A stretch of 60,906 nt of DNA, the filler included, from Sphacelaria rigidula (Eukaryota): NCBI GenBank assembly GCA_964200075.2. It is 10 parts of 10 records of this genome, joined end to end, with 100 filler letters (N's around TTAATTAATTAA, not from the genome) between each part and the next. Parts side by side here need not be neighbours in the genome. Positions count along the whole stretch, not along the records: positions 1 to 6,001 come from CAXNAA020022888.1; positions 6,102 to 12,102 come from CAXNAA020022889.1; positions 12,203 to 18,203 come from CAXNAA020022890.1; 7 more parts are not named here. One strand, given 5' to 3'. Each line of letters begins with the position of its first letter. Position 1 is the stretch's first letter. The translations under genes were made by a program, and so were the position numbers. Below the pieces are notes generated by a model, which saw only the letters and a list, made by a program, of their open reading frames with translations, was not told the DNA's origin and did not search any database. Shown piece by piece: positions 1-13,581 of the stretch.

Positions 1-169
1 GGTTGCTTCGGCGTTGCTGGGAGCGGGGCAAGGCGGGTGGCGGGGTGCTGGGGGGGGGGGGCGGGGGGGGGGCGGCGGGGGGGCGAATTCTAGTAATGAG
101 GCTGCCAGGCGCCGGCATACCTCTGAAACTGAATTTGCTCCACATGTGAAGAGTATGATACGCGATCTT

Positions 170-1505
170 GTATACGCTGGCCACCATTGTTACCTAGGTT
201 AGGTGCAGGAATGCAGTCGGGACAAATTGTAGTAGGCACGTATACGGCCGGTTGATGGATCATGGGTCTGCGAGCATGATTGGTGGACTCCACGAGTGCT
301 TCATCTTGATTGCCTGAAGGTGTTTGCTCACTCCGTGTGAGAGAAGCTGGGCTGCTGCTCTCCATTATAACGCACAGTTACGTATCATGTATGAATAACT
401 GCAGTTTCTCAAGCTTGTGTGCCCAGAATGGGAGGAATCCACGTAGCTGTCTGATCTTGAGTGCGGAGCCCTGTTATATATGTTTATTAGCTCCGCTGAA
501 AAACGGCTGACATATCAAGACGGGGGTGCGCCTGCGGCCCTGATCAGCTTGCAGCAAAAAAGACCAGCTCAAGGTGTGTCTACGTCGAGAGGGGCTGGCT
601 GGAGTAGAGTCAAGGAGGTCCTGGGTTAGTGCTAGGGTGGGCTATGGTATCGCTCGCGCGCAAGGCGCGCGGGGTTGATCAACAGTTGGGTTGCCCCGAC
701 AGCGAAAAACGCGGTGCGATTACTGCGTGCGTGGGTCGGGAGGATAGCATGAGGGTAGGTTCAAAGTTGGCCAGCCGCGATCGAGAAGAGGGGTCTAAGT
801 ACTTCAAGAGGTGGTGAGAACTGCGTGAGGAAGTGGCGCTGTGGTTGTCGTCCAATGGTGGCAAAGCGTGTCTTGGTGTATGGGGAGAGTTGTTCATGTG
901 ATTAGGAAGCAACACCGGTTTTACAGAGCGACGAAGTGCTGCATTGTAACCGTCCATAATCCGCGTCAGCTATCGCTCCGTGACTCGGAGTGGTGCCAGT
1001 AGCGTGGGTACGTGTTCATGGTGGACGTTTTGGATCTCATGCAAATTGTTCAGAAATTGGACAAGATTGTACGGAGCTATCATGGAATACAGCGGCAGGT
1101 ATTTTGCCCTTTTACGTGGAAAATGACGGTAGTACCAAGCAACAATGCTATCTGAGTTTGTCACGCTCTTACTTCGACTGCTCAAGTAAGCTTTGGAAGT
1201 TCTGCAGACTCTGGCCACCATTATTACCTAGGATAACTACACGAATGCAGCCGAAACAATGTGTAGTAGGCACGTCTACGGCCGGATGATAGACCACGGG
1301 TCTGCGAGTGTGATCGGTGAACTCCGTGAGTGTTTCATCTTGAATGCCTAGAGGTGTTTGCTGAATCTGTGGGAGAAAAGCTGGGATGCTGCTCCCCAGT
1401 ATAATGAACAGCCGAGGGTAATGATGAATGACCATAGCTTCAAAAGCCCACGTGGTCAGCATGGGAGGAGTCCTCGTAGCTGTCTGGTCTTGAGTGCAGA
1501 ACTCT
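170..1505. repeat. Diverged ~300-bp direct repeat pair (~170-480 and ~1210-1505)
   Basis: Shared collinear blocks: ctggccaccatt.ttacctagg, gtagtaggcacgt.tacggccgg, tcatcttga.tgcct, cgtagctgtctg.tcttgagtgc. Confidence 0.7.
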
Positions 1506-1841
1506 TCAACGCGGAGCAAAGATATAGACAGGTTGCGACAAATTGCTACGTACAGCCCGCGACACAGAAAGATCGGGCTGGTATGGCTGTAACAGAACCG
1601 TGAGGAGCTGAATTTCGCCTTTCGCGGACACCACACCACATCCTAGGGTGGGGGGTAGGAAAAGATCATGCCACCTAACGAACTTTCCACGTGAGTTGGA
1701 TCCTAGTTAAGCTGCTTGCAGGGGGCTTCATATTGCTTTCATGGTGGTTCCCGGCCAGCGTATGAAATATTTCTAGAAGGCCAGAGAGGGGGAACATCGG
1801 GAATGGGAGATGTTCCACCCCTTGATCTAAGTGTCCCTCAC

Positions 1842-2672
1842 CATGTCGAGGGAGAAATCGATCTCGTCGAAGTGCCTCGCCAGCTCCGGCAAGCGCTTTT
1901 TCGTCAGCTCCAGCAAAACCTCCGTGCACACCAAAACCCCGCCCCTCTCCGGCGCGTACAGGTGGTGAAGCCGGAAACCCTCGAACAATCCCGCGAAGAC
2001 AGTGAAAACCTTTTCCCCCAACAATATTGTACTATTCTCCTGCTCCTCGCGCGAAGAAGGAGACACGGCGATGCTTCCTGTGCTGGCGGGTGAACGAGAG
2101 GGAAAAGGTACGAGTAACTCCTCGCCGCCGCCATGACCACCACCCCCACCTCTCCGACTAGCAGCCACTTCAGCAGATTCGGTGGGGTTTGGGCCTCTGT
2201 CGTGGACATTCCCAGGACCAGTGTCGATGCCAGTATCAGAGGTGCTATTGCCAGCTTCCAAGTGACAACCATTGCGTGGTCTACCCGAGAGGGCGGGGGT
2301 TGCCGAAGGCGACGCTTCGTCAGAAGCTACAGCTCTTGCAACCGCCGCCGCTGCTCCTGTCGTTGCTGCTGCACCCACTACCGTTCCCGACTCTGCATGG
2401 TCTTTCCAAAAGACTGACGCGGTCGGGGATGGTGACGTGACAGCACTGTCGCCATCGCCCTCACCAGCAGCAGCAGCACACCCCTGTTTTTTTCGGTAAC
2501 CTGGTTCATACCCGCGTTCGACTTCGCGTGTTTTGGGCGTTGCCGGCGGCAACATCGGCGACCGCGATATCGGCGGCCCTCTTCGATTCCCGAGTCCCGA
2601 CAGCCCTATGAATGTGTCTTCCGGTTCAATGAAGTAAAACTTCATCAGCATGGCCAACAAACGGTCCATTCC
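1842..2672 (-). CDS. TBC domain exon; the gene continues beyond the exons recognised here
   Basis: AG|GGA ATG completes the YCQ|GM motif. Ends LLELTKKRLPELARHFDEIDFSLDM|GTGAGG, typical TBC C-terminal helices. 831 bp, phase 0. Confidence 0.85.
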
Positions 2673-2887
2673 CTTGGGATGAAATAGTCCGAGTGGTTTG
2701 GTTACAGCGGAAAGGGAGGCGTGCGCACGGCGAGCGGGCGGGAGGAGGGGGGAGGGGGGAGAGGGGGAAGCGGAGCAAAAAATTCTTGCGTGGGAGAGTC
2801 GAACTACAAAGTTGGTGTGAATGGGAATACGGCTCTTGGCTGCCACGGGCACGTTGCACAACAAGTAGCAATCGTAGCGGTGTTCAC

Positions 2888-3792
2888 CTGACAATAGCCC
2901 ACATCAGGAAATCGAGCCGCCATCGCGTACAGCACGTTACCCAAGCACTCTCGCTTCGCCGTCACGGGCACATTTTCCCACGCAGACTCCGCCTTCAACA
3001 GCCAAATCACATCTCTCGTTGTGTCGGCCTCACCGAACACCCCTCCTCCACTAACCGCGGCCGCAAACATTTCTCGCACGTCGTGCGGCTCTTTACCTCG
3101 CCCCACTTGTGCAGGCGAACGGATTCCGCTGTTGGAGAGCTCGTTGTTTTCTGTGATCAAACTCGCAGGATCAGGAAACGGCAGGACGTCACCGGTGGAG
3201 CGCTCGACTGGTATGGCCACTGATGCATGTCTCCGGCGATATCTGGCTCGAGTCTGGGCGGGGAAAGCCCGGCCGTCCGCTTGTTGGTCTGGTCGGATCT
3301 TCAGCAGATTTGCCAGCATCCCGAGACCCGGAATGTTTTCCAAGCTGCCTCCGCCGTGCTCGTCGTAGCCGCAGTTTCCGCCATCCAAGCCATTCGCTCC
3401 GTCTGCGCGGGGACATCCGTCCCTTGCTGCGCCCCCAAGCACCTTGTCACCACCACCGCTGTCACCCCTGCCGCCGGTAAGCGCCGCCGCAAACTCGGGC
3501 AACCACGCTCTGTGTCCTAGCGGACGGCCAATCGTTTCGTCCACCATGCCGCCCGCGCCTGCAGCACCAGCGGCGGAGGTAGGGGCGAAGGTGCGTGTGG
3601 TGTCCACGACACTGTAGGAATGCTTGTGATGCCGGCGCTTGTGCGGGGCAACAGCTCCGAAGGCGCGTGGAATGTCGCGGGCGATAAGCGCGCCGTGAGG
3701 CCCCGCTCGGCCAGCGTCGACGAGGCGGCCGAAGGTTCGCGATGAGAATCCACCACCGCTCTTGGGTGGTGTTGATGCTGAGATCTTTGTTC
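2888..3792 (-). CDS. Rab-GAP TBC domain exon containing both catalytic fingers
   Basis: The frame is open upstream of the listed 2804..3607 ORF and reads LIARDIPRAFG (IxxDxxR Arg finger). It ends LGNVLYAMAARFPDVGYCQ|GTGAAC. The acceptor at 3794-3793 is phase-compatible with the upstream donor but is the less certain boundary. Confidence 0.85.
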
Positions 3793-4090
3793 CTACTCGA
3801 GCAGTGTAATGGTGGTCGCGGGAGATGCGGTGGCGACGCAGGTTTTGTGCAAAACGAGGGTTGAGGAAGACGGGGTGGGAGAGAAACAGGCTGATAAAGT
3901 TGGGAGCATGGCATAGAGCCTAACTGTTTCCACGACAAGTAGGTGGAAACAGATGCGGGACACGGGCATCAGCTCGATGCTACAGGTCTGTGGCAATTTC
4001 GGCGATACGCACGGGCTTTGGGTCCATCCTAACAAGTTCCAAACAAATGGTTTGTGGCATCCCATATCAAAAACACCCTATCCCACTCAC

Positions 4091-4745
4091 CTCCGTGCCG
4101 GCCACATGCAACCGCCCGCGCCACCAACGTGCGCCACACTGACGGTCGAAGGCCTGCAGGCACGCCCGACACCCGAACAATGCTCCCGAACAACACCTCT
4201 CCGTGGTCTTCTCCGACGGCTCGGTGCCACGAGCGACTGACCGCTTGGCAGGCTGCGAGTGAACGAAGGCTCCCGACGAGCAGCACTACGTCGGCCACAA
4301 ATTTCGGGAGCTCGTCCGCCAGCTGTTCGTAATGGTCGGTGCCGCTACTGCGGACAGCGGCGGGGGTAGCGCCTGAACGGCCTCTAGCGTCACCGCGTCC
4401 TTCGCCGACTGACCTGTCACCGTCATTGCTGTCTCTAGACTCGGCCGCTTTGGAGGGGTGTACCCGTGCTACCGACGATGTTTCAACAGCGGATGCCCTC
4501 GCTGCGGTGGGCATCGCAATCGGCGATGCTGGTGCTCTTGCTGGCGTTAACGGCAATGATGACACCTCGTTACGTTTGGCCGGTACCCCATCCGCTCTTG
4601 CTGTCATGGGCCGTTGTCTTGTTGGAGATAACGATCCGTCTCGACAAAGGTTTTCAGCGGTGGCTTCCATCACGCCTGCTGAAACTCCCTCGCCATTCGT
4701 ACGAGTCTGAGAAGCGTCAGCGGACGGCGACATCGGCGATATCGG
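4091..4745 (-). CDS. TBC-domain gene, 5' exon with F-box-like motif and TBC N-terminal motif (candidate ATG at 4733)
   Basis: Acceptor (T)n-gtcgtcAG at 4747-4746 and donor G|GTGAGT at 4090. Encodes LADELPKFVADVVLLVGSLRSLAACQAVSRSWHRAV (F-box-like) and GVPAGLRPSVWRTL (the GIPxxLRxxVW motif at the start of TBC domains). Confidence 0.75.
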
Positions 4746-5933
4746 CTGACGACAAAAAAAAAAATGGGGACGGGGGAGCAGTAACACGGGTGAGGAGAGG
4801 GTGGAAATCAAGATCAAAGTAACCACCACCCGTCGCGACTTGCAGACCACAGCTAACACTTTGCCCCCATCGACCAGGTACCTTCAACACCGGGAGTATC
4901 TCTCTGTCTGCTCGACACATACGACAATATTACATTCCAGCCCGAATGTCGATGCCAGACGGTCGCCACCCTTGGATCATCATGTCAAGACAGATGTGTA
5001 TCAAAGTTTACGTTTTTGAGGCGCCTCCCTCCCACTACGTGTTACCTTTTATCATTGTCTAGCACAGGTGAATGCTCTTTCCACGTACGCAGCGCGGATG
5101 TTCACCGTACCAACGCAGTTAGACCAGATGTACACCTTACCTAAATACATAGCACATATAGGGAAACCATAAACCTGCAGCAGTAGAGACAGTACAGGGG
5201 TGACACGGCAGTACATTGAAAAAGTAGGGCAAAATACAATACAGACAGTACATGAACACATAGCCCACATGAACACCCTTCGAACACACATGATAGGGTC
5301 ATGAGTGTGGTTGAGGGTCAGGGCTAGATAAAATATTTGACCCAGATTTTTTGTACACCCTGACCAACGCTCTCAGTCCTCAGGTACGCCCTTCGAAGAC
5401 ACATCAGGGGGACTATGATTGTGACTGTATGATCAGGGTAAGCTACAGAGCCCAGGGGGTCGGTGTTGCATATGCTACTCACCACAAACTAGCGTTGCAG
5501 ATGGAAACGAGAATTTGGTTCAGTCGATATATTTTTTCATCGACAAAACAAAAAAAATGTACCCACGATACTCGATCTAGACCCCACATTTCGCTGTTTT
5601 GAATCGGTCAGAGAGTATGCAACTGGGTGATGTGGACAAGGAACAGCAGAACAGTAGATGGTAGATAGACCACGGCAGCTCAGAGCATACAACGAACATA
5701 TACAACAACAGGGCGCTTTAGCAACGGACATCAACAGTACTTTTGTCTTTTTCATGAAGTACTCGTGGTTGAACAGGTAGATCGGAGCAGGACGAGTTGC
5801 GTAGTGGTTACGCACAAGGCAGCATTGGGTCAACTGGTGTTCACTTTTCACCAAAGCAAATACGATGTCACTACATGAGCGAAATAAGATACCAGATCGG
5901 GCTGCTTCGCGGTTGCTCTACCGCAACACTTCT

Positions 5934-6001
5934 GGGGAGGGGGGGCGTACTCATTTGTTGCTTGCCTTAGTCATTTGACCATTGACCACGCATCCCTTTC
6001 G
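5934..6001 (-). mobile_element. LINE family A 3' terminus with C-tract (at contig end)
   Basis: Matches the 3' end of the RT-bearing LINE at 33068-34490 and the copies at 11233, 21559 and 60830. Confidence 0.75.
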
Positions 6002-6101
6002 NNNNNNNNNNNNNNNNNNNNNNNNNNNNNNNNNNNNNNNNNNNNTTAATTAATTAANNNNNNNNNNNNNNNNNNNNNNNNNNNNNNNNNNNNNNNNNNN
6101 N
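6002..6101. other. Artificial contig spacer. Identical spacers at 12103-12202, 18204-18303, 24305-24404, 30406-30505, 36507-36606, 42607-42706, 48707-48806, 54807-54906
   Basis: 44N + TTAATTAATTAA (stop codons in all six frames) + 44N, recurring every ~6.1 kb. Confidence 0.99.
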
Positions 6102-6165
6102 ACTGATTGACCGCTTTTCACTCTCAATCGTATCGTCTACTCTCAATCTCACGAAAACACTGTTC
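6102..6165. repeat. Short dispersed repeat (also ~37746-37806 and ~42956-43001)
   Basis: ctctcaatcgtatcgtctactctcaatctcacgaaaacactgtt occurs near-identically in three different contigs. Confidence 0.7.
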
Positions 6166-9100
6166 AGTGTAACCACGAACTTATGTCGCGAAACGCGAAC
6201 ACGCTTCACGGCCACACACCTACCGCTCATGTCGAGATTTCTACCCACCACACTAAGAAACCGCATATTTTCGGCTTGCGACTGCTGCTGACGAGTCCAT
6301 CGCCATAGAGGAAGCACAAGGCTGCAAATGATGGCATGCAGCCGCCGTAGGGCTCCCTGCCGGCGCCTCAATAATGTTGACCAATGAAATTACGTCGGCC
6401 GGCGGCTTCACAATAAATGTTGATGAAATTGCATTTCGACCCATCCCAGGGGCTGAAGAGGTGGTGAAAAAGACAATAGTTACAGATGGCTAGATTTCCG
6501 GGGGCAACCGGTGGACTCGGCAGATATGGCTGACTCACCGCGGGTTACAGAGGCGGAGCAATGATTAATGATTGTCCCGACCCGGGGCCACCAGGCCCGG
6601 GAGCTACAGAGCTACTGCAGCCAGGTTGGATTAACTAACCAGATCAGTGGAGACAGGGACATCACCCACCAGCAGAAGACATTGTTGTTATAACAGCCCC
6701 GGTTGTGAAGATTGAGCAAGGTAAGCATTTGTTGCTTGCGACTCTACAATTGAATGACGAGTTTCAGTTGACACCCAACAGCAGTATCAGCAGCCAATCT
6801 GCGCTGTGCTCACTGTGGGCCCATAGAGGTACGTAGTCACCCGTAAGTAGTCAGCCAGGAACTTGTGCGAGATTGGAGGCGTGATAGCCCCAGTAGGATG
6901 CGGTGCTCCGCTTTATGCATCACCGGCGGCACTCGCAGCTTTGCGCTACTCGACACAAGGCTAACACTGCATCCATTCGCTCTTTTTTTTTCGGATCCTC
7001 TCTATGCTCCGTTGCCGATCGCGCGCCTTCTTCCGTCGAGGATCATTGGAGTCCATCATCTTGTACGGAATCTGATGAATAGCGAAGGCACACACATGAA
7101 ATGCAAGAAAATAAGACAAGTGAGGATCGAAGGTACTTAAATAGTACAAGAGAAAAAACTTTAAAAGTATGTATGTCAACAGCAACCAGTTTGCACCCGA
7201 ACGAAGGACAAAAAATTCACGAGGCATGTTACCTCGCACCAAGCCTAGATTCAAACAGGCAAAAAAACACCAATGGGCACACACCGCAAGAATTGTGAGG
7301 TAAACGTTACACCTCTACCAAAGGTGCACACATATCCGTAACGCATGCGCATTGAGTCTGGCGCTAGCCTGTGCTCACCCACACACATGCATTTGCTTCA
7401 CAGCAATCCGCTCAACATTCACGAAGCAGAGGTGCGCGTGACAAAATATTTGCCGGCGATGCAGATGCTGACTACAGTATTTGTGCGTGTTTTGTTCAGC
7501 GCATGCCTCGCACAGATCATCGCATGGTCTCATTCGGTTTTGAACCGATTCCACCGGAACCGATGACCTCGTACACATTCGATCAAGGGATGTGGCTTGA
7601 GGAACGCTCCATGTATCCTGGGACTGTGGGATTTCGATGTTCATGTACTCGCACCGACGACTGAATTCATCCGCGCTGCAGAAGCTATGTTTTGGGTCAG
7701 ATTCTGAGTATATTACGAGGAAACGTGTCATGAACCGGGTTCGCGAAACAGCAACAAGGATTGGAAATATTAGGATACAGTACATGACAAAAGGCGGCAA
7801 GGAAAAATAAGGTTTCCAACAAGAAGCATGAAGGGTACACGTGGGGCGTCCTCGGAAAATAGGAGCCGTTGTACGCACGGAGCGTTCTGGGTAAATACGG
7901 GGGACAGATCCACGATTGTGTAGGCCAGTGCCGTGAACCCGGAATCTGAGCTTTAGCAAACGCAGCGTGAACAGTCGTGGCAATTTGTTTTATATTCTTG
8001 CTTTTCATTGCGCAGAGTAGGAACCAATCACATCGGTATCTGGTATGCCGACCGAGCTGGATGGGTGTTATAAAATCCTCGGCCATTACCACATACTTTA
8101 GCGAGGAGGGGGTTGTGAGCTACACATGCACGCGCATGTACTGTCACCCTGATAATTTATGATGACGCTGGCTGTAGCTGCTAATGACCATCCAGGAACA
8201 GGCTGAATTGGTCGTTGGCACGCTGCGGTTGCTCAAGGGCTTACCGAATGTCAAACAAAAATGAATTCCGGCTGGAAAATTAATCAGAGCTCTATATTAC
8301 AGATGGAAATTTTGAAAACGGGTGAAAAATGGCCATTTTGTACATGTAACATGTCAAATTCGACGTGCTGTAGCTTGTTGATGATAATTCCGGGCGCGTC
8401 AATCGATTCTTCAACATCAAATCAGTCGGGTTAGACCCAACGTATCTAGAATCGGGTCACACCAGCCGGTGCGAACGCTAGATGGAGGTTTCAGCAGAGC
8501 GACCACCGAAGGGTCCTGAACATTGTCGACCTATATCGAAGAAAATGTGGCGGAATGTAAACGACGATGATCTGCCTGACCAATCTCTTCATCATAACTA
8601 TGCACAGCTACGCTGTAGGCATTCTCGTTACACCTCTCCCGTCCCCAGGGGTATAGTCACTCGTACGTGACAGGCCAAGAAAAAGGTAGATAACCTCTAA
8701 GCGTATATTGGGAGGGGCAAAATGGTTCCATCCTTGACCTGGGACTCGGGGGGCCGGGGGGTTGTCATAAACGAATTGGTAGGCTAGGATAGAGCGGCTG
8801 GCCCTAGCGGCATCATCCTCCGCACGCTACGAGCCAAACTCGTAGATAACACCCCGCCTGAGCGCGTTTGAGAAGGGAATGAAACGATTCCTACCCCGGC
8901 GTGGTAAGGTGAAGAGTCCTTCACAAAACAAAATCGCAATTCTGGTGGCACTGGCGGGTGTGAGTACCGAGCTAGTGTGCGCAAGTAAAAAATGTTAAAC
9001 CTGTCACCGGCGGCGCGCGCTTACTGCTTGTCACAAACACCCGCAGAAGCCATGAGAGGAGGACGTGCGTCATGACCGCACTATTTATGGCTGCTGAGCG

Positions 9101-10799
9101 GACACGTGGCCTGAGCTGACTGTGGTAGCATTGGAAGCTTGTTTTTGTGAAAAAAATCAGCACGCGGTAGTGTCCATACAGTACGCGGTTTGCCGTCGTG
9201 CATCTAAAGGGGCCACTGCAATGCTGAACACTTGGGTGCTGTACAGTATAGTCCTCCATGCGTGTACAAACACAAGTAATAAACAGTACAGCAAGAACAG
9301 AGCGGCACACCCATCAATCATTCGATCACTGTAGTCATTTTTCAGTACTTGTACACGCGCGTGCTCCTTCTGTACCTTTCCTCGTGATTCTGTGGGAAGG
9401 CAGGGACAGCAATTGAAGGGCGGGAATAAGACAAAGGCGGAACAGAATAGGCCACAACACCCGTTTTCAACTTCGGTAAAATGTTGCGAACAAGGTTTTC
9501 AAACCAACCATCTACCCCCCTGCCTTACTGCCCGGGGAGGCAAAGTCGTCATCCTATAGGAGGGCGGCATGCTTACTGTTATTCAAGTTTTTTTCTGGCG
9601 CTTCGCGCATATACCCCTTTCGAACGTGACGCCCCGTTCGAAACAAGATGGCCATCGCAATCACGGCGAAATGGGTGGGGGGTTGAGGGGGTTGCAGCGG
9701 GGGGGGGGGGGGGGGGGGGGTGGAGGATAACCAAGGCATACTGGAACCACTTGCACTGGACTGTGCGGAAAGGGCATGGCCTCCGGCGTATATCTAGCCG
9801 AGCGCAGCGAGGAGCAGCAGAGACTGTACAAAAGTACTGTAAAGATAACACGCGGTAGTTCGGTGTAATACGGTCTCATGGTGCCGGGGGGAGTGGGCTG
9901 GTGGTTGGTAATGCATAGTGCCGTGCCTTCTGCTGCATGTTGTGGCCGACTGACTCGTGACAAACCTACAAAAGGTTTCTTTCTCACCCAACACGACAAA
10001 ACTTAGGCGAAACCTACGAAGCTACGCAGGCTGCGCGAAGGGTGGCAGCACAACACTGAGGCAACAGCCGTTGTCCGCAACGCGGCTGCGTCGGTGCCTA
10101 ACGACCAAGCACACGGTCCGTTATGTTTCCACCACACCGCACTCAATATCAACGAGCGCGGAACAGCTTAAAACAGCCGCCGCACGAAAATAAAACAGGC
10201 GGAGGGTGCTACTCCCCCACTATGGTGATGCACACGCACATTTATCCCCGACATTCTGCCGCTGGCGTCGTGGCAAACGAATCTGGCTCCCTGCACACAG
10301 TGGTCCATTTACTACACGGATCATACGCGGCCTTTGCCGCCCACGGGGTCATAGGGTCGTCGGAAAGGATGACATGAGTGATCGAAGCAATAGCACACCC
10401 GCCGCCCCCCGTGCAATGAGATTGTGTATTTCTGTCTCTCTTTTGAGAGGCAAGGTCCTGGCTGGACCACTGGTAGATTCACTTGAGCACGAATCGGGGC
10501 GAAGTTTTTGCAACGCGATGTTCGACGCTTCTGCGACGCCCCCGCAAATTTCGGGGGAGCAGAAGATGCTGGAATTTGCGGCGGCCCATCCATGCACGCA
10601 CTAGAGTTACGACATTCACATATTTCATCGTGGCTGATTTCTATCATGACGTCGAACACAGCAATGGCGTGAGTACTACTTGTGATTCGTGACACTATTA
10701 TCACTTCCATAGAATAAATACAAAGGCGGCGGGAAAAAACTGCACACATACTCCGAGGGATCAAAACATGACAAAGCATAAAGGACACACTGATTTTCG

Positions 10800-11050
10800 G
10801 CTACATGGTGAGACGCCCATGAGGCGTTGTGTGACGCGTGGCTGTCTCTGGAGGTGACGATACCAGAAAATGAAGCAACTCATTGGAGGCTGTCGTCCCA
10901 GTGCAAGATGAATCAGTATGCGTCGGGCCGAACAATCTCAGCAGGACATAGCTCACCCTTCATGCGACTCGCCAAACGCATCACGGCGCTGCCAAGTCAA
11001 CGGTCATACGACTACCGCATGCAAGACCATGAAGACATCCCCTTCTCCCT
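10800..11050 (+). mobile_element. SINE-like family B copy with an internal deletion
   Basis: Collinear with 35385-35703 (cccatgaggc..tggctgtctc..gatacca.aaaatgaag..ccc.tcatgc.actcgcc). Ends catgaagacatccccttctccc. Confidence 0.6.
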
Positions 11051-11232
11051 GACGTACCTGGGCACTTGTGCGGGCCACACAGCATCTCTCCTCCGCGACC
11101 ACCTTGCGGGACCATGCATTGTAGCCTTGGAGAATCTGAATCAAGAGTTCGCAACGAAATACAGGTTGGGCAATACCACAACGTGCTGTGTCAACAACAA
11201 CAACAACAACGAGCTAGGGGGGTAATGGGTGA

Positions 11233-11530
11233 GGGGGAGGGGGAGAGTATTCATTTGTTGCTTGCCTTTGTCATTTGATCATTGACCACCACGCATCCCT
11301 TTCGAGACGGAGCACCCCCTCCTGCTGCTACTGGAGACAACTCCAACATTTCGGCGCTCATGATGTTTCTTCCATACGTCACACAAAAGCCTTTTTGCGT
11401 ATTGTATCTTACTATCCCCTTCCTGTCTCGCCGTCTGTGGCCACCATCTATCTCCTAGTATAGCGAACGCTCTCTCGCTACTGTCCAGTGCATCAAATGA
11501 CTCCACGCCACCTTCATTCACTCCCCAAAA
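11233..11530 (-). mobile_element. LINE family A 3' fragment
   Basis: Peptide NEGGVESFDALDSSERAFAILG is homologous to NESGMKAFDTLDSGEKTIAVLG at 33216-33401, and the 3' terminal motif is the same. Confidence 0.75.
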
Positions 11531-12202
11531 TTTCCCCCTTCAACACGTCCAATTTCTCTAGCTTTTTTTTCCCTAGATGCACCGCGCATCGGCTTCCAAG
11601 TCGGTGTACCCCCGACGCACAGTCGTGTGTGGATTTTGGGTGTTTTTTATGTCTAGTTATGTCTAGTTATGTGTAGCACACAGCCGGGGTGAGGATGCAG
11701 GGCAGAATCGCAGCCAACACAGGAAGGTCGAGGAGGCATGTGAGCGGAGTTGAGCTTCAGTTGCTTCTATTACAGGGGAATATTGTTAGTAGGGATGGAT
11801 ACATGAAAAGATGTAACTCGAACATTTTTGGGTCTATTTCAACAAACAATAGCTCGGATGAACCGCAAGGTCCACGTGAACAATAGCCAGCAAAAAAAAA
11901 AAAAAGAGCAACAGCACAAAAAGTTAAGGCTTATTCCGTGAAATTTTGCTGAAATTTTGCTGTTGGTTTCCCTCCGATCATGGATGAAGGGTTGAGATAT
12001 GGTATCCCATATCAACGGCGTGTTGACGTCGAATTCAACAAACGATATAGTAGTCAGCGTCAGAAGTTTTCAGAATTCGTAGTAGTCCTTTTTTCTGAGT
12101 TTNNNNNNNNNNNNNNNNNNNNNNNNNNNNNNNNNNNNNNNNNNNNTTAATTAATTAANNNNNNNNNNNNNNNNNNNNNNNNNNNNNNNNNNNNNNNNNN
12201 NN

Positions 12203-12273
12203 CATTGTAGGGATGCGAGGTCAATGGTCTTATGACTATGGCACGCATGATCATGAGTACACCCTCCCCCCCC
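12203..12273 (+). mobile_element. SINE-like family B 3' end with C-tail
   Basis: tgtagggatgcgaggtcaatggtc..gatcatgagtacaccctcccccccc. Confidence 0.7.
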
Positions 12274-13581
12274 GGTGAAAAGCACTTCCTGTTGGCGGAT
12301 ATGTCGGACTATTTGACTGCTTCATATTATGGTGGCTGTAATCAAGCATTACAATGGCTCTGCTCTATCTCTTATCGCAGCAAGATCCAGCGCCTTGTGG
12401 TTGGATTTTGATGCATTGCAATACATTGCGGCATCTACGATTGTACGGCAGAAGTCATGGCGCGGTTGTGCGCTCGCGTCGTGCGCGGGCGTCTTCGGGG
12501 AAGAGGGAGCCTTGCCGCGTATTCGACGGTTGGAAAAAACGGCCTCGCTGGGTTCTCGAAAGCGTTAATTTCGCACGGTCTCGTTCGCCGCAGCCGCTGT
12601 ACAGTACTCAGTACAAGTAACTCACTTCACCCAAGTAACGACTGTAGAATTTGACTTAGCTGACTCCCACCGTGCGATCAAGAGACTTGGTTCACCACGC
12701 ATTTCTAGTAGCTTGCCTCCGCAACTCTTTGATCAAGCGACTTGATTTATCTAGACTTAGTTTTAGTATGTTGCCACAGCTAGCCCAAGATCAAGTTCTC
12801 TGGCTTACCTATCCTCAGTTCAAGTAACTTGCTTCCCCCAGTAGTGTTGGACCCAGAACCTTCCCCAGCTAATCTGATATATGAAGTGAAATTCTCACCT
12901 GTACCTAGTTCAAGTAACTTACTTCAGCTAGTGTAAGATCAAGTGATCTAGCGCTTCTATACTCAGTTCAGGTAACTTACCTCAGCCAGTCCAAGATGCC
13001 AAGTGGCTCGTTTTACATGACTCTGAAATTAGTTTGGTAACTTGTAAACGAATTGGTCCGGAAATAATTTTGTGTAGGAGTTAGGATGCCCCCCTGGAGG
13101 GCCGATAATGAAAAATTGAACCACGGATCTGGATGTGTTTTCAACCTACGCTTGCCCCACGCCTGAAAAATATCAAGGGTGTGCTCGCCGCGAATGATCT
13201 AAAGCGTGAAGTCCCAAAATCTCAGGAGGGTTCGCTTAGGTGTCCCGCAGTTTCAAGTTGTACCGTGCAAAAACAAACGCATTTCCCGCGCACGACCACC
13301 GTACTTCTGGGCTGAACGATTGTTGAAGTCTGTGACGGTTTAAGAGACAACCAACTAGACTACTGATAAGTCAGCGCTGACTTGTTCTTAAACCGTCACA
13401 AGTCCATCTTTTCAGGAGTGATGAGTATGTCGCACGCGACACCTCTGGCACTTCTGGTTGACACGTCTTGGACTCGGAAATCTGCATATATATACTGATA
13501 GATTGCTTGACATCCGGGTGACCTTTCGTTGACATAAACTGCGGATTTATATGGTAGTGAAATATTATACGTTTCACTTAC

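Noticed and set aside
11058..11185. Possible minus-strand exon WYCPTC..HKCP with AG/GT ends
   Set aside because: Lies between two repeats, has no recognisable domain and no partner exon.
12610..13040. Degenerate tandem motif (agttcaagtaactt) as an array system
   Set aside because: Irregular period and high divergence; consistent with an old minisatellite.
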